DNA of 64,000 nucleotides from a virus, in the IMG/VR virus record IMGVR_UViG_3300045988_074170, one strand, 5' to 3'. The notes under the pieces were generated by a model, which was given only the letters and a program-made list of their open reading frames with translations, ran no database searches and was not told the DNA's origin. The number at the start of each line of letters is the position of its first letter. Position 1 is the first letter of the stretch. Shown piece after piece: positions 53,894-61,840 of this stretch. The translations under genes were made by a program, and so were the position numbers.

Positions 53894-55629
53894 TTTCTTA
53901 TTCCTAATTGCGAGTCTATAAATTCAAGAGCCTTTCCAAGAATAGGGTTGTCCATAGACTTCTCAACCAACATTTGGTCAATAGCCTCTTGAGCCGTCTT
54001 AGGAGAATCTTTACCCTCTTCGTCATCGACGATTTGGTTCATTCCTTCTCCTCCCATCATCTTGTTACTTTGAGCCGACTGATACACCGTGTTAAGGATA
54101 GTATCCTTTTCGGGATTGAACTTCCTTCCGGAATACTTCTCAAACATATCCTCAAGAGATACGAACCCAGCCTCAGATTTCTTCTTGTCAAGTTCAACCT
54201 GAGCAGCCTCGTCCTCTATCTCTATACCTGTAAAGACAAGCTCCAAGCGGTCATCAATCTCGCTGATGATATACTTATTCAGCACATTCTGATAGAACAC
54301 CAACAGCGGAGTCAAACCTTTTTGGCGAGAATGGTCGAGACGTTCCTTCTGTCCTTCTTGACCGAATATACGGGCAGCATCCTGAAACTGAAAGCCGAGT
54401 TCCGATGGGTCCATACGGTACACAGCACAGGCAATCACCAATAGGAACTTAATCCATTCAGTGAACTCCATATCACGGTTCGTTTGCTGTAAATCAATCC
54501 ACTCGAGGTCTATACCTTGTATCACAGGAATCTTGTGAGAGTTGTACACGGTACTCATCGTTTGTTTCCAGTCCTGACGAAATTCGTTCAGAGTTCCTTG
54601 GTCGATGTTTCCATTCTTCACATTGATAAAGCCTTTCGGCTGACTACCTTGTTTGAAGAAGTTACCATTATACTGCATCCCCCACAAAATCCACGTAACA
54701 ATTTCAATCAGCGTTTCCAGCTCTGAACAGCCATAGCCATTACGCAACACGTTGGTCGTCTTGTTTCGTACACCATATCCCAGCTCCCACGGGTAGAAAA
54801 CTACATACTCATTCGTCACAGGGTGTCTGATAATCTGACCGTCCCATACCATAGCGTATCTTGGTAGATAGCCATGCCAACGGAAATTCTCAAACATCTG
54901 TGCATATCGTGGGTCATTCGTGTCAAGCTGTCTAATAAGCGCAGCGTCCACGGCACGATACTTCTTGAGGTTCATGTTCCTCGCACGAACGAGCTCGAAC
55001 GTCATTTGGTCAAGAACGAGGGAATCCCTCAATACTTTACGGGTAAACTCTTGAAAGTTATCCTCACATTCCCATTTGTCATTCTCACCACCCTCTTCGA
55101 GAAACTTGACAATATAGTCGACAATCTTCTTGTCCTTTTCATTCAGTTCCTTATCCTCAGAGCCTGGACTCTTCTTATAGCGTATCTGATATCCTGGCTT
55201 CTGGTCATCAAGACTGTATTTTAAAAAGTTCTGAACCTGTTCAATACGAGTATTGATGATAGCCTTAACGATAAAGATTTCGCCCATACGATTGAGCGTA
55301 CCAAACGAGATACCGTTATTCGGGTCTCGATAGCCTTTTCCGTTAAAGCCAATTTCAGAAGGATTCCAAAGGATTGATTTAATTTCCGGCTGCGGAGCTC
55401 TCCGACCGTTCTTTTGCTGTTCGGCAATGAACGCTTGTGCCTTCATTACTTCCTCAAAAGACTCCGAAGTTAGGGACTTCTGAAGCCTGTTGCGCAAAGC
55501 TATCGGAGCAGCCTGAGCCATCACTTGGAGTTCCTGAAGAGACAGTCCATCAAGACCGTCTATGGGAGCCGCATTATTGGCTCCCACTGAACTCCTGTTT
55601 TTTGATGAACGGTTTCTTCCTTTTCCCAT
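53890..55629 (-). CDS. Portal protein
   Basis: About 579 aa counted from the ATG at 55629, which lies 3 nt after the upstream stop. Size and position (upstream of MuF-like, protease and capsid genes) fit a portal. Confidence 0.65.
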   Translation of the reverse strand: MGKGRNRSSKNRSSVGANNAAPIDGLDGLSLQELQVMAQAAPIALRNRLQKSLTSESFEEVMKAQAFIAEQQKNGRRAPQPEIKSILWNPSEIGFNGKGYRDPNNGISFGTLNRMGEIFIVKAIINTRIEQVQNFLKYSLDDQKPGYQIRYKKSPGSEDKELNEKDKKIVDYIVKFLEEGGENDKWECEDNFQEFTRKVLRDSLVLDQMTFELVRARNMNLKKYRAVDAALIRQLDTNDPRYAQMFENFRWHGYLPRYAMVWDGQIIRHPVTNEYVVFYPWELGYGVRNKTTNVLRNGYGCSELETLIEIVTWILWGMQYNGNFFKQGSQPKGFINVKNGNIDQGTLNEFRQDWKQTMSTVYNSHKIPVIQGIDLEWIDLQQTNRDMEFTEWIKFLLVIACAVYRMDPSELGFQFQDAARIFGQEGQKERLDHSRQKGLTPLLVFYQNVLNKYIISEIDDRLELVFTGIEIEDEAAQVELDKKKSEAGFVSLEDMFEKYSGRKFNPEKDTILNTVYQSAQSNKMMGGEGMNQIVDDEEGKDSPKTAQEAIDQMLVEKSMDNPILGKALEFIDSQLGIRK

Positions 55630-55631
55630 AA

Positions 55632-56327
55632 TTAAATAGTTCCAGGAGTTACGAATGTTTTTGCCTCGTAGGTTCTGCCTCCGTAAATGAAACGGATAGT
55701 GAACCAAGTAACCATTGCCGGACGGGTGATACCCAAATCCTTCACAATTTCAAACATAAGCGAATTGGAAAACTTTGCGGTCAGAGTTTTCTTGTCTGCG
55801 CTCAACGTACCCAAGTCGGCAGAGTTTCCACGGAACTCAAGCTGACGGTCGTCAGCAAATATCTGTACCTGATATTCAGAATCATCCTGAGCATCAGCAT
55901 CGGAAGCAATCTTTTTGAACTTCGCAACCAGCCAAGGCAAAGAACCCTTTGAAGCAGCATAGTCATATTTGTCAGTGTACGACTTCGGAACCACGCTGTA
56001 ATAGGTTGCCTCGTTGTAAGCAACACCCAACTGCAATCCAAAGATTGTACCTACCTCTTCCGGCACACCAGAAGTAAAGTCAGCAGACTCATCGATGATA
56101 AGTTCGTTGCCCTCGTAGCATTCTACTTTACATTCACAGGTCTTAGCAGCATTCAGCATCATTGGAATAGTTACTTCGTCTCCCATTTTGAAATTCAGAC
56201 CAGCCTGTACCAGACCATGATAATTTTTACCAATAAGTCCGGTCACCATGAAGTTGTTGATAGTTGCTAACCCATCGGTCTCAACCGTAACAGCCTCCGC
56301 ACCTTTCGAATAAACATATTTCTTCAT
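55632..56327 (-). CDS. Hypothetical protein upstream of portal
   Basis: 231-aa co-oriented ORF with a promoter box upstream. Confidence 0.55.
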   Translation of the reverse strand: MKKYVYSKGAEAVTVETDGLATINNFMVTGLIGKNYHGLVQAGLNFKMGDEVTIPMMLNAAKTCECKVECYEGNELIIDESADFTSGVPEEVGTIFGLQLGVAYNEATYYSVVPKSYTDKYDYAASKGSLPWLVAKFKKIASDADAQDDSEYQVQIFADDRQLEFRGNSADLGTLSADKKTLTAKFSNSLMFEIVKDLGITRPAMVTWFTIRFIYGGRTYEAKTFVTPGTI

Positions 56328-56364
56328 CTCTTTTATGTTTTAATTCTACATTTATTAAACGATA

Positions 56365-56372
56365 CAAATTTA
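56365..56372 (-). promoter_or_regulatory. -7 promoter box (TAAATTTG)
   Basis: Plus-strand caaattta, 38 nt upstream of the ATG at 56327. Confidence 0.4.
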
Positions 56373-56406
56373 CAAACAAAAACGGCACTAATAAAGCATG
56401 ATATCC

Positions 56407-57678
56407 TTATTCTTTCTTTTGGCTCTCTTTACCACGCTTTTCCAGTTCCCCCTTAACTTTCATTATAGAGTAAAGCAACTCCGCTCTCTGAGACTTCTTG
56501 ATTGCTTCAAAGTTCTTATTTAAATCGTTCACAAGTCCTTTCTCCATCTTCTTAAGATTGTCGGTAGGGATATTCTTAATGTTTGACCACTTTTCATCAA
56601 CCCCCTGTCGAACTTTCTCTGACAGGTATTTCTTCAAGTTCACTTTCCCACTGTTAGGAATGTCATCGAACTTTACACGGGTATAAGTTTCTTTGTCTGT
56701 TTCTTTTTCGGTTTCAGACTTTTCGTTCTTTTCCGGCTCATTTTTAGATTCGGCTCTTTTCTTAATTTCGTTTTCTACAGCTCGAAGCCTGTCATCATAT
56801 TTCGCTGATTTTGGGTTGGCGGTAAAATATCCATGACGCTCAAATGCCCGTCTTTCAAGCTTGTCTTCTTCATTATATTTTTCGCGAAGCTTATCTTTTA
56901 ATTCATTAAGAGACTTATCATCAAGAGACTTCAAATCTTCTTTATTAAAATCAACACTAATATCAATCAGCTTGTCAAGAATAGAAGGAGCCGAAGACAA
57001 AGCTTCTTTTATAAGAGGCTCAAGCATATCTTTCAAATCTTCATTCGGTCCCCAACTTATATAATCTGTAGCAATAATAGATGCTTTAAGGTTTCCCAAG
57101 GATTTTCTATCACCCTTCTTGTATATCTCGATGCCCCCAGTTCTTGTTGCATGAGCAAAATAACCCTTCTTATCTAATAATTTATTCAAATTACGAACAT
57201 ATCCTTCAGAGTTCCCAGGAGTTATATAGATATTGGGTTTCTGATTGGTTTTATCTTCTTTTTTTGCTTCTTCAACATTCATATCACCATATTTCTTCTG
57301 CTTAGAAGCTTCATTGATTTTCTTATTGGTTTCTTTGATTTCCTTTGCGTTTCTCTTCTCTTCGTTTGCCTTGACACCAGCATTAATCTTTTCAGCCTGT
57401 TTCTTAGCAGCCTCGAGTTTGCTCTTCTTTTCAACCAATACCATGATTTGGTCATTAGGAAGAGTCAACTTTCCTTCGTTGATAGCAGCGATGACCTTGT
57501 TTACAGCCTCGAGTTCTTTCGCTGGGTCGTCTTCCTTCTTTTCAGTCTTTTCACCGTCTTCAGGCTGTTTCTCCGCACCGTACTTTTGACCAACACGATG
57601 TTTTCTACGATTTTCAGCAGTGTCCGAGTAAACACCCGAACGAGATTTCATTATTGTTCTTTCTGTCAATGTAACCAT
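56407..57678 (-). CDS. K/E-rich coiled-coil protein with N-terminal GVYxDTxxNRRxxRVGQxY motif
   Basis: 423 aa. Motif SGVYSDTAENRRKHRVGQKY lies near the N-terminus. Confidence 0.55.
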   Translation of the reverse strand: MVTLTERTIMKSRSGVYSDTAENRRKHRVGQKYGAEKQPEDGEKTEKKEDDPAKELEAVNKVIAAINEGKLTLPNDQIMVLVEKKSKLEAAKKQAEKINAGVKANEEKRNAKEIKETNKKINEASKQKKYGDMNVEEAKKEDKTNQKPNIYITPGNSEGYVRNLNKLLDKKGYFAHATRTGGIEIYKKGDRKSLGNLKASIIATDYISWGPNEDLKDMLEPLIKEALSSAPSILDKLIDISVDFNKEDLKSLDDKSLNELKDKLREKYNEEDKLERRAFERHGYFTANPKSAKYDDRLRAVENEIKKRAESKNEPEKNEKSETEKETDKETYTRVKFDDIPNSGKVNLKKYLSEKVRQGVDEKWSNIKNIPTDNLKKMEKGLVNDLNKNFEAIKKSQRAELLYSIMKVKGELEKRGKESQKKE

Positions 57679-57706
57679 ATTCTTTCAACCATTTAATTTG
57701 ATACCG

Positions 57707-57714
57707 CAAATATA
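57707..57714 (-). promoter_or_regulatory. -7 promoter box (TATATTTG)
   Basis: Plus-strand caaatata, 29 nt upstream of the ATG at 57678. Confidence 0.4.
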
Positions 57715-57762
57715 TTACGAAATCTTGAATCATCAAAGAGTTTCCCGAAGAAAACTCCTAAA

Positions 57763-58005
57763 TTATTCCCAGGACTCAGGAAGAAGCGACTCTTTCCCGA
57801 GTTCTTTAGCACGCTTTTTAATCCACCGTCTCGCAGCGGCAGGGTCTTTCGCCCGACCAACACTACGAATGGCGTCTTTCAAATCCTGAGCATTACGAAT
57901 AGGGAAAGAGCCATCTTTCATGGCTTCTCCCTCTTTCGCCAATTCACGTCTTTCCTTTTCCGGAAAATCGTGTTTATTCAATGATTTCTCAAGCAGCGTT
58001 TCCAT
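57763..58005 (-). CDS. Small conserved-looking phage protein (GSFPI...DL.DAI...GRA motif)
   Basis: 80 aa: MKDGSFPIRNAQDLKDAIRSVGRAKDPAAARRWIKKRAKELG. I recall the motif from phage head modules; function unknown. Confidence 0.5.
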   Translation of the reverse strand: METLLEKSLNKHDFPEKERRELAKEGEAMKDGSFPIRNAQDLKDAIRSVGRAKDPAAARRWIKKRAKELGKESLLPESWE

Positions 58006-58508
58006 TATTCAACCGGAATTTGGTTCTTGTACGGCTGACCCACACGTCCCAGACGCTGATTGTCAGGGGTATCAGCATAAACACCTGTTCCCAACGACTT
58101 CATGATGTCACCCTCCGTTTCACCGTTCAACGATTTCAGGAACTCCAATGTAGGAGAATAAGCCTGTCCAACACGGTTCAGGCGACGATTTTCAGGGGTG
58201 TCACGATATACACCTTCCAAACCTTTCATGACAGTTCCGTCAGCAGCCGTTTCCCACTCAACCTGTTTAGGACGATAGAAGCGAATGACGTCTTTACCCT
58301 CTTCATCAGCGCATACGGCTTTCTGAAGATACATTACGTCAGCCACGAAAGCCTCTTTCTCCTCGGCTGTAAGTTCGTTGGCACGACTCTTCATGATTCC
58401 TTCCTTGTAATAGGAAGCCACCTCATCGGGTGTGAATACCTCGTATCCATTGTTACGAGCAGTTTCCTCAAACAACTGGAGGGAAACTTTCTTTCCTTTA
58501 TTTTCCAT
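58005..58508 (-). CDS. Protein with two GVYxDTxxNxRLxRVGQxY repeats
   Basis: 167 aa with GVYRDTPENRRLNRVGQAY and GVYADTPDNQRLGRVGQPY. First gene of the long minus-strand block. Confidence 0.55.
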   Translation of the reverse strand: MENKGKKVSLQLFEETARNNGYEVFTPDEVASYYKEGIMKSRANELTAEEKEAFVADVMYLQKAVCADEEGKDVIRFYRPKQVEWETAADGTVMKGLEGVYRDTPENRRLNRVGQAYSPTLEFLKSLNGETEGDIMKSLGTGVYADTPDNQRLGRVGQPYKNQIPVE

Positions 58509-58539
58509 ACGACTTGTAAAATTAAAAATTCTTTGTGAG

Positions 58540-58547
58540 CAAAGTTA
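58540..58547 (-). promoter_or_regulatory. -7 promoter box (TAACTTTG)
   Basis: Plus-strand caaagtta, 32 nt upstream of the ATG at 58508. Confidence 0.4.
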
Positions 58548-58590
58548 TTCATAAAATTTTAATATGGTAGGAGTGAGTTCAACGGTATGG

Positions 58591-58638
58591 CTCTAAAATA
58601 AAAACGGGCAGTGAGAAGATTCACATCCTCTCATGCCC
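58591..58638 (-). terminator. Intrinsic terminator with no upstream gene
   Basis: Minus-strand RNA GGGCAUGAGA-loop-UCUCA(C)UGCCC forms 10 bp with 1 bulge, followed by GUUUUUAUUUU. Confidence 0.55.
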
Positions 58639-58776
58639 CAGATTTCTGTCAAATACTTAAAACCTAAACTTTTCTTTAATGAACAAAAAGAATCTTCTTC
58701 AAAAACTTTTTAGATGTCAATCAAACAATGTAAATCAAATCAAACTTTAGACGATGTTCGATTAGGCGAACCAGAC
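58591..58776 (-). ncRNA. Candidate ~180-nt ORF-less transcript (promoter box to terminator)
   Basis: Bounded by the TATATTTG box at 58783-58790 and the terminator at 58591-58638. No ORF longer than 13 codons. Contains a GUUCG-CCUAAU-CGAAC hairpin and three UUUGAU repeats. Confidence 0.35.
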
Positions 58777-58782
58777 CGAACA

Positions 58783-58790
58783 CAAATATA
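58783..58790 (-). promoter_or_regulatory. -7 promoter box (TATATTTG) with no downstream ORF
   Basis: Plus-strand caaatata. The context GTTATATTTGTGTT matches the other promoter boxes in the window. Confidence 0.35.
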
Positions 58791-58842
58791 ACGCTGTCAA
58801 TGCACAAAAGTTTTTCTCATTTCCTTATCTCCTAACAACATC

Positions 58843-58958
58843 GGCTGCGACAGCAGCCTCTCAGGGCGAAGTCCATCGGAGATGGCGAAGCCTGTAAACT
58901 CCGAACGCAGTGAGGTGTGTTTTCGACGTGAAAATGACTTCTTAAAATTTCCGTTCGG
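58843..58958. other. GC-rich structured island in the control region (possible RNA or protein-binding element)
   Basis: Three elements: hairpin GGCUGC-GACA-GCAGCC (58843-58858); a helix at 58862-58894 with symmetric CGAAG/CGAAG internal loops around CCAUC-GGA-GAUGG; and a 7-bp long-range pair ccgaacg (58901-58907) with cgttcgg (58952-58958). Confidence 0.3.
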
Positions 58959-59074
58959 GACTCTAACTTGTATTTCCATTGAATACCCATTGTAACCATT
59001 ATATATTGATACACAAATTTTTGAGTCCGTGAGTCTTCCCTATTTTATGGGGAGTCTTCTCCCACAAATTTTGT

Positions 59075-59219
59075 TTTATAAAAAGGCTTTTGAGCGCAAT
59101 AAAAACAGTCATCTGAGCGCACGAAAACAGTCAAATGAGCGCAAATATACAGTCATATAAGCGCAGTCACCTACTTTATAAAAAGGCTTTTGAGCGCAAT
59201 AAAAAGTGGTTTAAGCGCG
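59075..59219. repeat. Iteron array (candidate replication origin)
   Basis: T(G/A)AGCGC(A/G) cores start at 59091, 59114, 59136, 59158, 59191 and 59212, with spacing 23, 22, 22, 33 and 21 bp. A 31-bp direct repeat tttataaaaaggcttttgagcgcaataaaaa occurs at 59075 and 59175, exactly 100 bp apart. Confidence 0.7.
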
Positions 59220-59321
59220 TCTTAATTTTGTCCCATAAATGTTAAAAACAGGCTTGGTTGCATCCCACCCCTTTAAATAAAGGCTTAGACATGAAGTGAG
59301 CCTGTTTTTAAATTTTCCCGT

Positions 59322-59329
59322 TAAATTTG
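59322..59329 (+). promoter_or_regulatory. -7 promoter box (TAAATTTG) for rep
   Basis: Plus-strand taaatttg, 24 nt upstream of the ATG at 59353. Confidence 0.45.
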
Positions 59330-59352
59330 TGTGGAAATAAAATTACAAAGAT

Positions 59353-60165
59353 ATGAAAAAGGAAAAAGGATTAATTCAATCGAACTTGGCGACCTTTGGT
59401 ATGTATAAGTTCTCGTCTTGGCAAATGAACTGTTTGGTTCATCTTGTCGAACAATTGCAACCTGCAATGTCCAGGGATATTGATTGGTTGAGTGCTGACC
59501 TGAAAGTGTTCCAGGAACATTTACCGTTGGATAAGAACGGCAATCTTCTCATTCCTATACAAATGAAAGAGATTGATAAATATCACCACGGTTCCATCGT
59601 TCTGAATGAAATAAAGAAGATGTTCAAACAGACGATTAAATACAACTTTACCAACGAACAGGGTAAATTGGTTCGGAGGGAGTGCTATCTTATCTCTACG
59701 ATGGATATTGACGAGGATGACAACATCGTACTGGGGATGCCTGTTACAAGTTTACGCTGGCTTCTATATTATGGTAAAGGAATAGGAGGCACAATCTACG
59801 ACAAGAAGTCTGTCGTGTCAATGAATGGTGTCTATGCCAAACGTATTTTCATGATGTTAAGCCGTTGGAAGGACAAGCGTGTCTTCTCTATGAAGATTGC
59901 TGTCATCATGAACGAACTCCAAACCCCTGAATATAGCGTACAGGATTTTGAACGAAAGGTTCTCAAGACGGCTTTTGAAGAAATGATTAGGAACCCGAAC
60001 TCGGTTCTTCAGTTCAAATACTCCCTTTCCTATACAGGTACAAAGGTCGGAAAAGGAAAACGAGGATTCGATACTGTCACGTTTAAAGTGTATGATAAAC
60101 TTTCTGAGGCTCAAATGGAAGAGTTCCTAACAGACTCATGGAGCAACAGAATAAATGCTATCTAA
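59353..60165 (+). CDS. rep: Rep_3-type (RepB-like, iteron-binding) replication initiator
   Basis: 270 aa. The N-terminus LIQSNLATFGMYKFSSWQMNCLVHLVEQL fits v.qsN.li.a.y.ls..e..l. YAKRIFMMLSRWKD fits ya.rlYelL..wk. Sits directly downstream of the iterons. Confidence 0.7.
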   Translation: MKKEKGLIQSNLATFGMYKFSSWQMNCLVHLVEQLQPAMSRDIDWLSADLKVFQEHLPLDKNGNLLIPIQMKEIDKYHHGSIVLNEIKKMFKQTIKYNFTNEQGKLVRRECYLISTMDIDEDDNIVLGMPVTSLRWLLYYGKGIGGTIYDKKSVVSMNGVYAKRIFMMLSRWKDKRVFSMKIAVIMNELQTPEYSVQDFERKVLKTAFEEMIRNPNSVLQFKYSLSYTGTKVGKGKRGFDTVTFKVYDKLSEAQMEEFLTDSWSNRINAI

Positions 60166-60706
60166 TATGGGCAAAGAAGAAACTTTAACAGTGCTGAATC
60201 TTCAGGCGGAATGTGACCGTCTGAATAAGAAGATTCTCTTTCTTGAGAAGGAGAACCGTGAACAGCGCAAAGAGTTGTCCGACTATGCCAAGCGAGAAGA
60301 ACAACTGTTAGGAGAGATTGAAACGCTCGAATCGGAACTTCGTGAGATTACCCGTGAACAGCGTCCTAAATATACACCCACGCAACCTGTGGAATCTGTA
60401 GAGGATTTTCTTCATCCCAAAGTAGATACTGGAACTGGGCTGAACCGAGTGGGCAAGAAAGGCTTCGAAGAAAAGTGGAAAGACTTCATGTATGCTTATA
60501 CAGACGAAATCTTCATTGAGGCTGACCAGCCTGATGTGCTTTTCTATCGTGACAGTGCCGATAATTGCTTTGTCACCCCAACGGGGAACACTCGGTTGCC
60601 TTTCCCTATTCTACAAGAAGACCTCGACCGCTATAATATCCTGAAAGTTCGACCATTGACTTGCGAGGAAATGGAGGAAGTGTGCAAAGAGTTCGATTTA
60701 ACTTAA
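60155..60706 (+). CDS. Hypothetical coiled-coil protein
   Basis: 183-aa ORF overlapping the rep stop. Confidence 0.55.
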   Translation: MLSNMGKEETLTVLNLQAECDRLNKKILFLEKENREQRKELSDYAKREEQLLGEIETLESELREITREQRPKYTPTQPVESVEDFLHPKVDTGTGLNRVGKKGFEEKWKDFMYAYTDEIFIEADQPDVLFYRDSADNCFVTPTGNTRLPFPILQEDLDRYNILKVRPLTCEEMEEVCKEFDLT

Positions 60707-60718
60707 ATTTCAATTACA

Positions 60719-60982
60719 ATGGTACAAATGAAGCCTTTTCATTACCTGTACGTCATCATCGGTATGTTGGTGGCTGCGTTCTTTGGAATCTCACTTGGTA
60801 TGGGTATCACGTGTATGATTCCGGTCTCATTCGTTGTCATTGGGTTGTTCGCTTACCAGAACATGAAGAAAAATCTTCCTGTCGGACAGGCTATCCTCAA
60901 CGGAGGTCTTCCACCACTGATAGGCGGTCTTCTCATTTGGCTATGCTTTCTACTTGGTAACTGGTTCAATGTAGGTGGCTGA
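60719..60982 (+). CDS. Small integral membrane protein (about 3 TM helices)
   Basis: 87 aa with hydrophobic segments YVIIGMLVAAFFGISLGMGITCMI, VSFVVIGLFAY and LPPLIGGLLIWLCFLLG. Confidence 0.55.
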   Translation: MVQMKPFHYLYVIIGMLVAAFFGISLGMGITCMIPVSFVVIGLFAYQNMKKNLPVGQAILNGGLPPLIGGLLIWLCFLLGNWFNVGG

Positions 60983-61287
60983 TGAAGAAACTGATATTCC
61001 TTTTCTTGACATTGCTGATTGTAGGCTGTGCGACAACTCGGAAGACTGTGTTCTTCGAAAGAGTGACTCCACAGCCTCTTTCAGTAATTGACAGCCTGAA
61101 CACCGTTCACGGCTTGAGCGTCCCTACGAATTTAGACTCGTGGGGAAAGACGTACTTCATCGGGAGCGACTCCGTGATGACCACTGTGTATGTCCTTACT
61201 GAAAAGAAGGATAAAGTTCTGTATATCTTTTCAGTCACACAAACGGCTGGAAAGGATGATGTTCTATTCAAATTTAGGCAAGAATGA
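60982..61287 (+). CDS. Small lipoprotein
   Basis: MKKLIFLFLTLLIVGC is a signal peptide with a lipobox. ATGA overlap with the preceding membrane-protein gene. Confidence 0.6.
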   Translation: MKKLIFLFLTLLIVGCATTRKTVFFERVTPQPLSVIDSLNTVHGLSVPTNLDSWGKTYFIGSDSVMTTVYVLTEKKDKVLYIFSVTQTAGKDDVLFKFRQE

Positions 61288-61308
61288 TAACAAAAGGACT
61301 TGGATTTG

Positions 61309-61332
61309 GTGCTGATATGTATATCAGTACCT
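61309..61332. repeat. Palindromic element sharing a 17-mer with the 62434-62504 inverted repeat
   Basis: Sequence ggtgctgatatgtatatcagtacc. The 17-mer gatatgtatatcagtac (61314-61330) is identical to 62488-62504, and the following (c)taaaatcaa versus taaatcaaaa is also similar. Confidence 0.7.
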
Positions 61333-61387
61333 AAAATCAATCACAAAACCACTGTGTCCACGTTATACATATATAAATTGAGAAGTC

Positions 61388-61840
61388 ATGAACAAAGAAG
61401 AGAAAAGAAACAAGCAACTTCTCGATATCCTCGAGAAGGACTTCGAGGAACTCTCCCCAGGAGAACTCCAAGTCGTTCGTAACGAAACTCGGAAGATATA
61501 CGGTATCGAGGGAAAGATAGGAACAGGCATAATCCTGAACTCCTACCTGAATATGAAGCGGAAGTTCGTCACCGAACTTGAACAGGTTTTGGTCTGCCCG
61601 AAAATGGCTGTTAAGGACTTCGGACCATTCGCTGGACGGCAGGTTGTTACCAACAAGATACCCGTTCCCACGTTTGACGGTCTTAACGGGGAGTCTGCAG
61701 GCATTTTCTATGTTGAGGGGTACACTTATCTCCCCGTCCTATCTGTATCGTATTTAGACGACCAAACAGAGGTAATTTGTCTATCTCCGGAAGGCTCGTT
61801 TTGTAGGATAACGACAAAGGATTTTGATTTCGAAATATAA
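61388..61840 (+). CDS. Hypothetical protein
   Basis: 150-aa ORF. Confidence 0.55.
   Translation: MNKEEKRNKQLLDILEKDFEELSPGELQVVRNETRKIYGIEGKIGTGIILNSYLNMKRKFVTELEQVLVCPKMAVKDFGPFAGRQVVTNKIPVPTFDGLNGESAGIFYVEGYTYLPVLSVSYLDDQTEVICLSPEGSFCRITTKDFDFEI

Noticed and set aside
2111-58538. Many other antisense ORFs of 60-185 aa in the track (for example 2111-2626, 10943-11425, 29609-30151, 32836-33354, 53908-54444, 57981-58538)
   Set aside because: Each is nested inside a longer, motif-bearing minus-strand gene. They have odd composition and break the otherwise gap-free co-directional gene array. I treated them as non-coding shadows.
58750-58790. tRNA-like GTTCGATT (T-loop-like) sequence
   Set aside because: The flanking bases cannot form a T-stem, acceptor stem or anticodon arm. 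No tRNA cloverleaf could be built anywhere in the 844-bp non-coding region.
59075-59219. Possible CRISPR array, because of regularly spaced repeats
   Set aside because: The repeat cores are only about 8 bp on a ~22-bp period. The spacers are themselves partly repeated. There are only about 6 units and no cas genes. Position next to a Rep_3 gene fits iterons far better.
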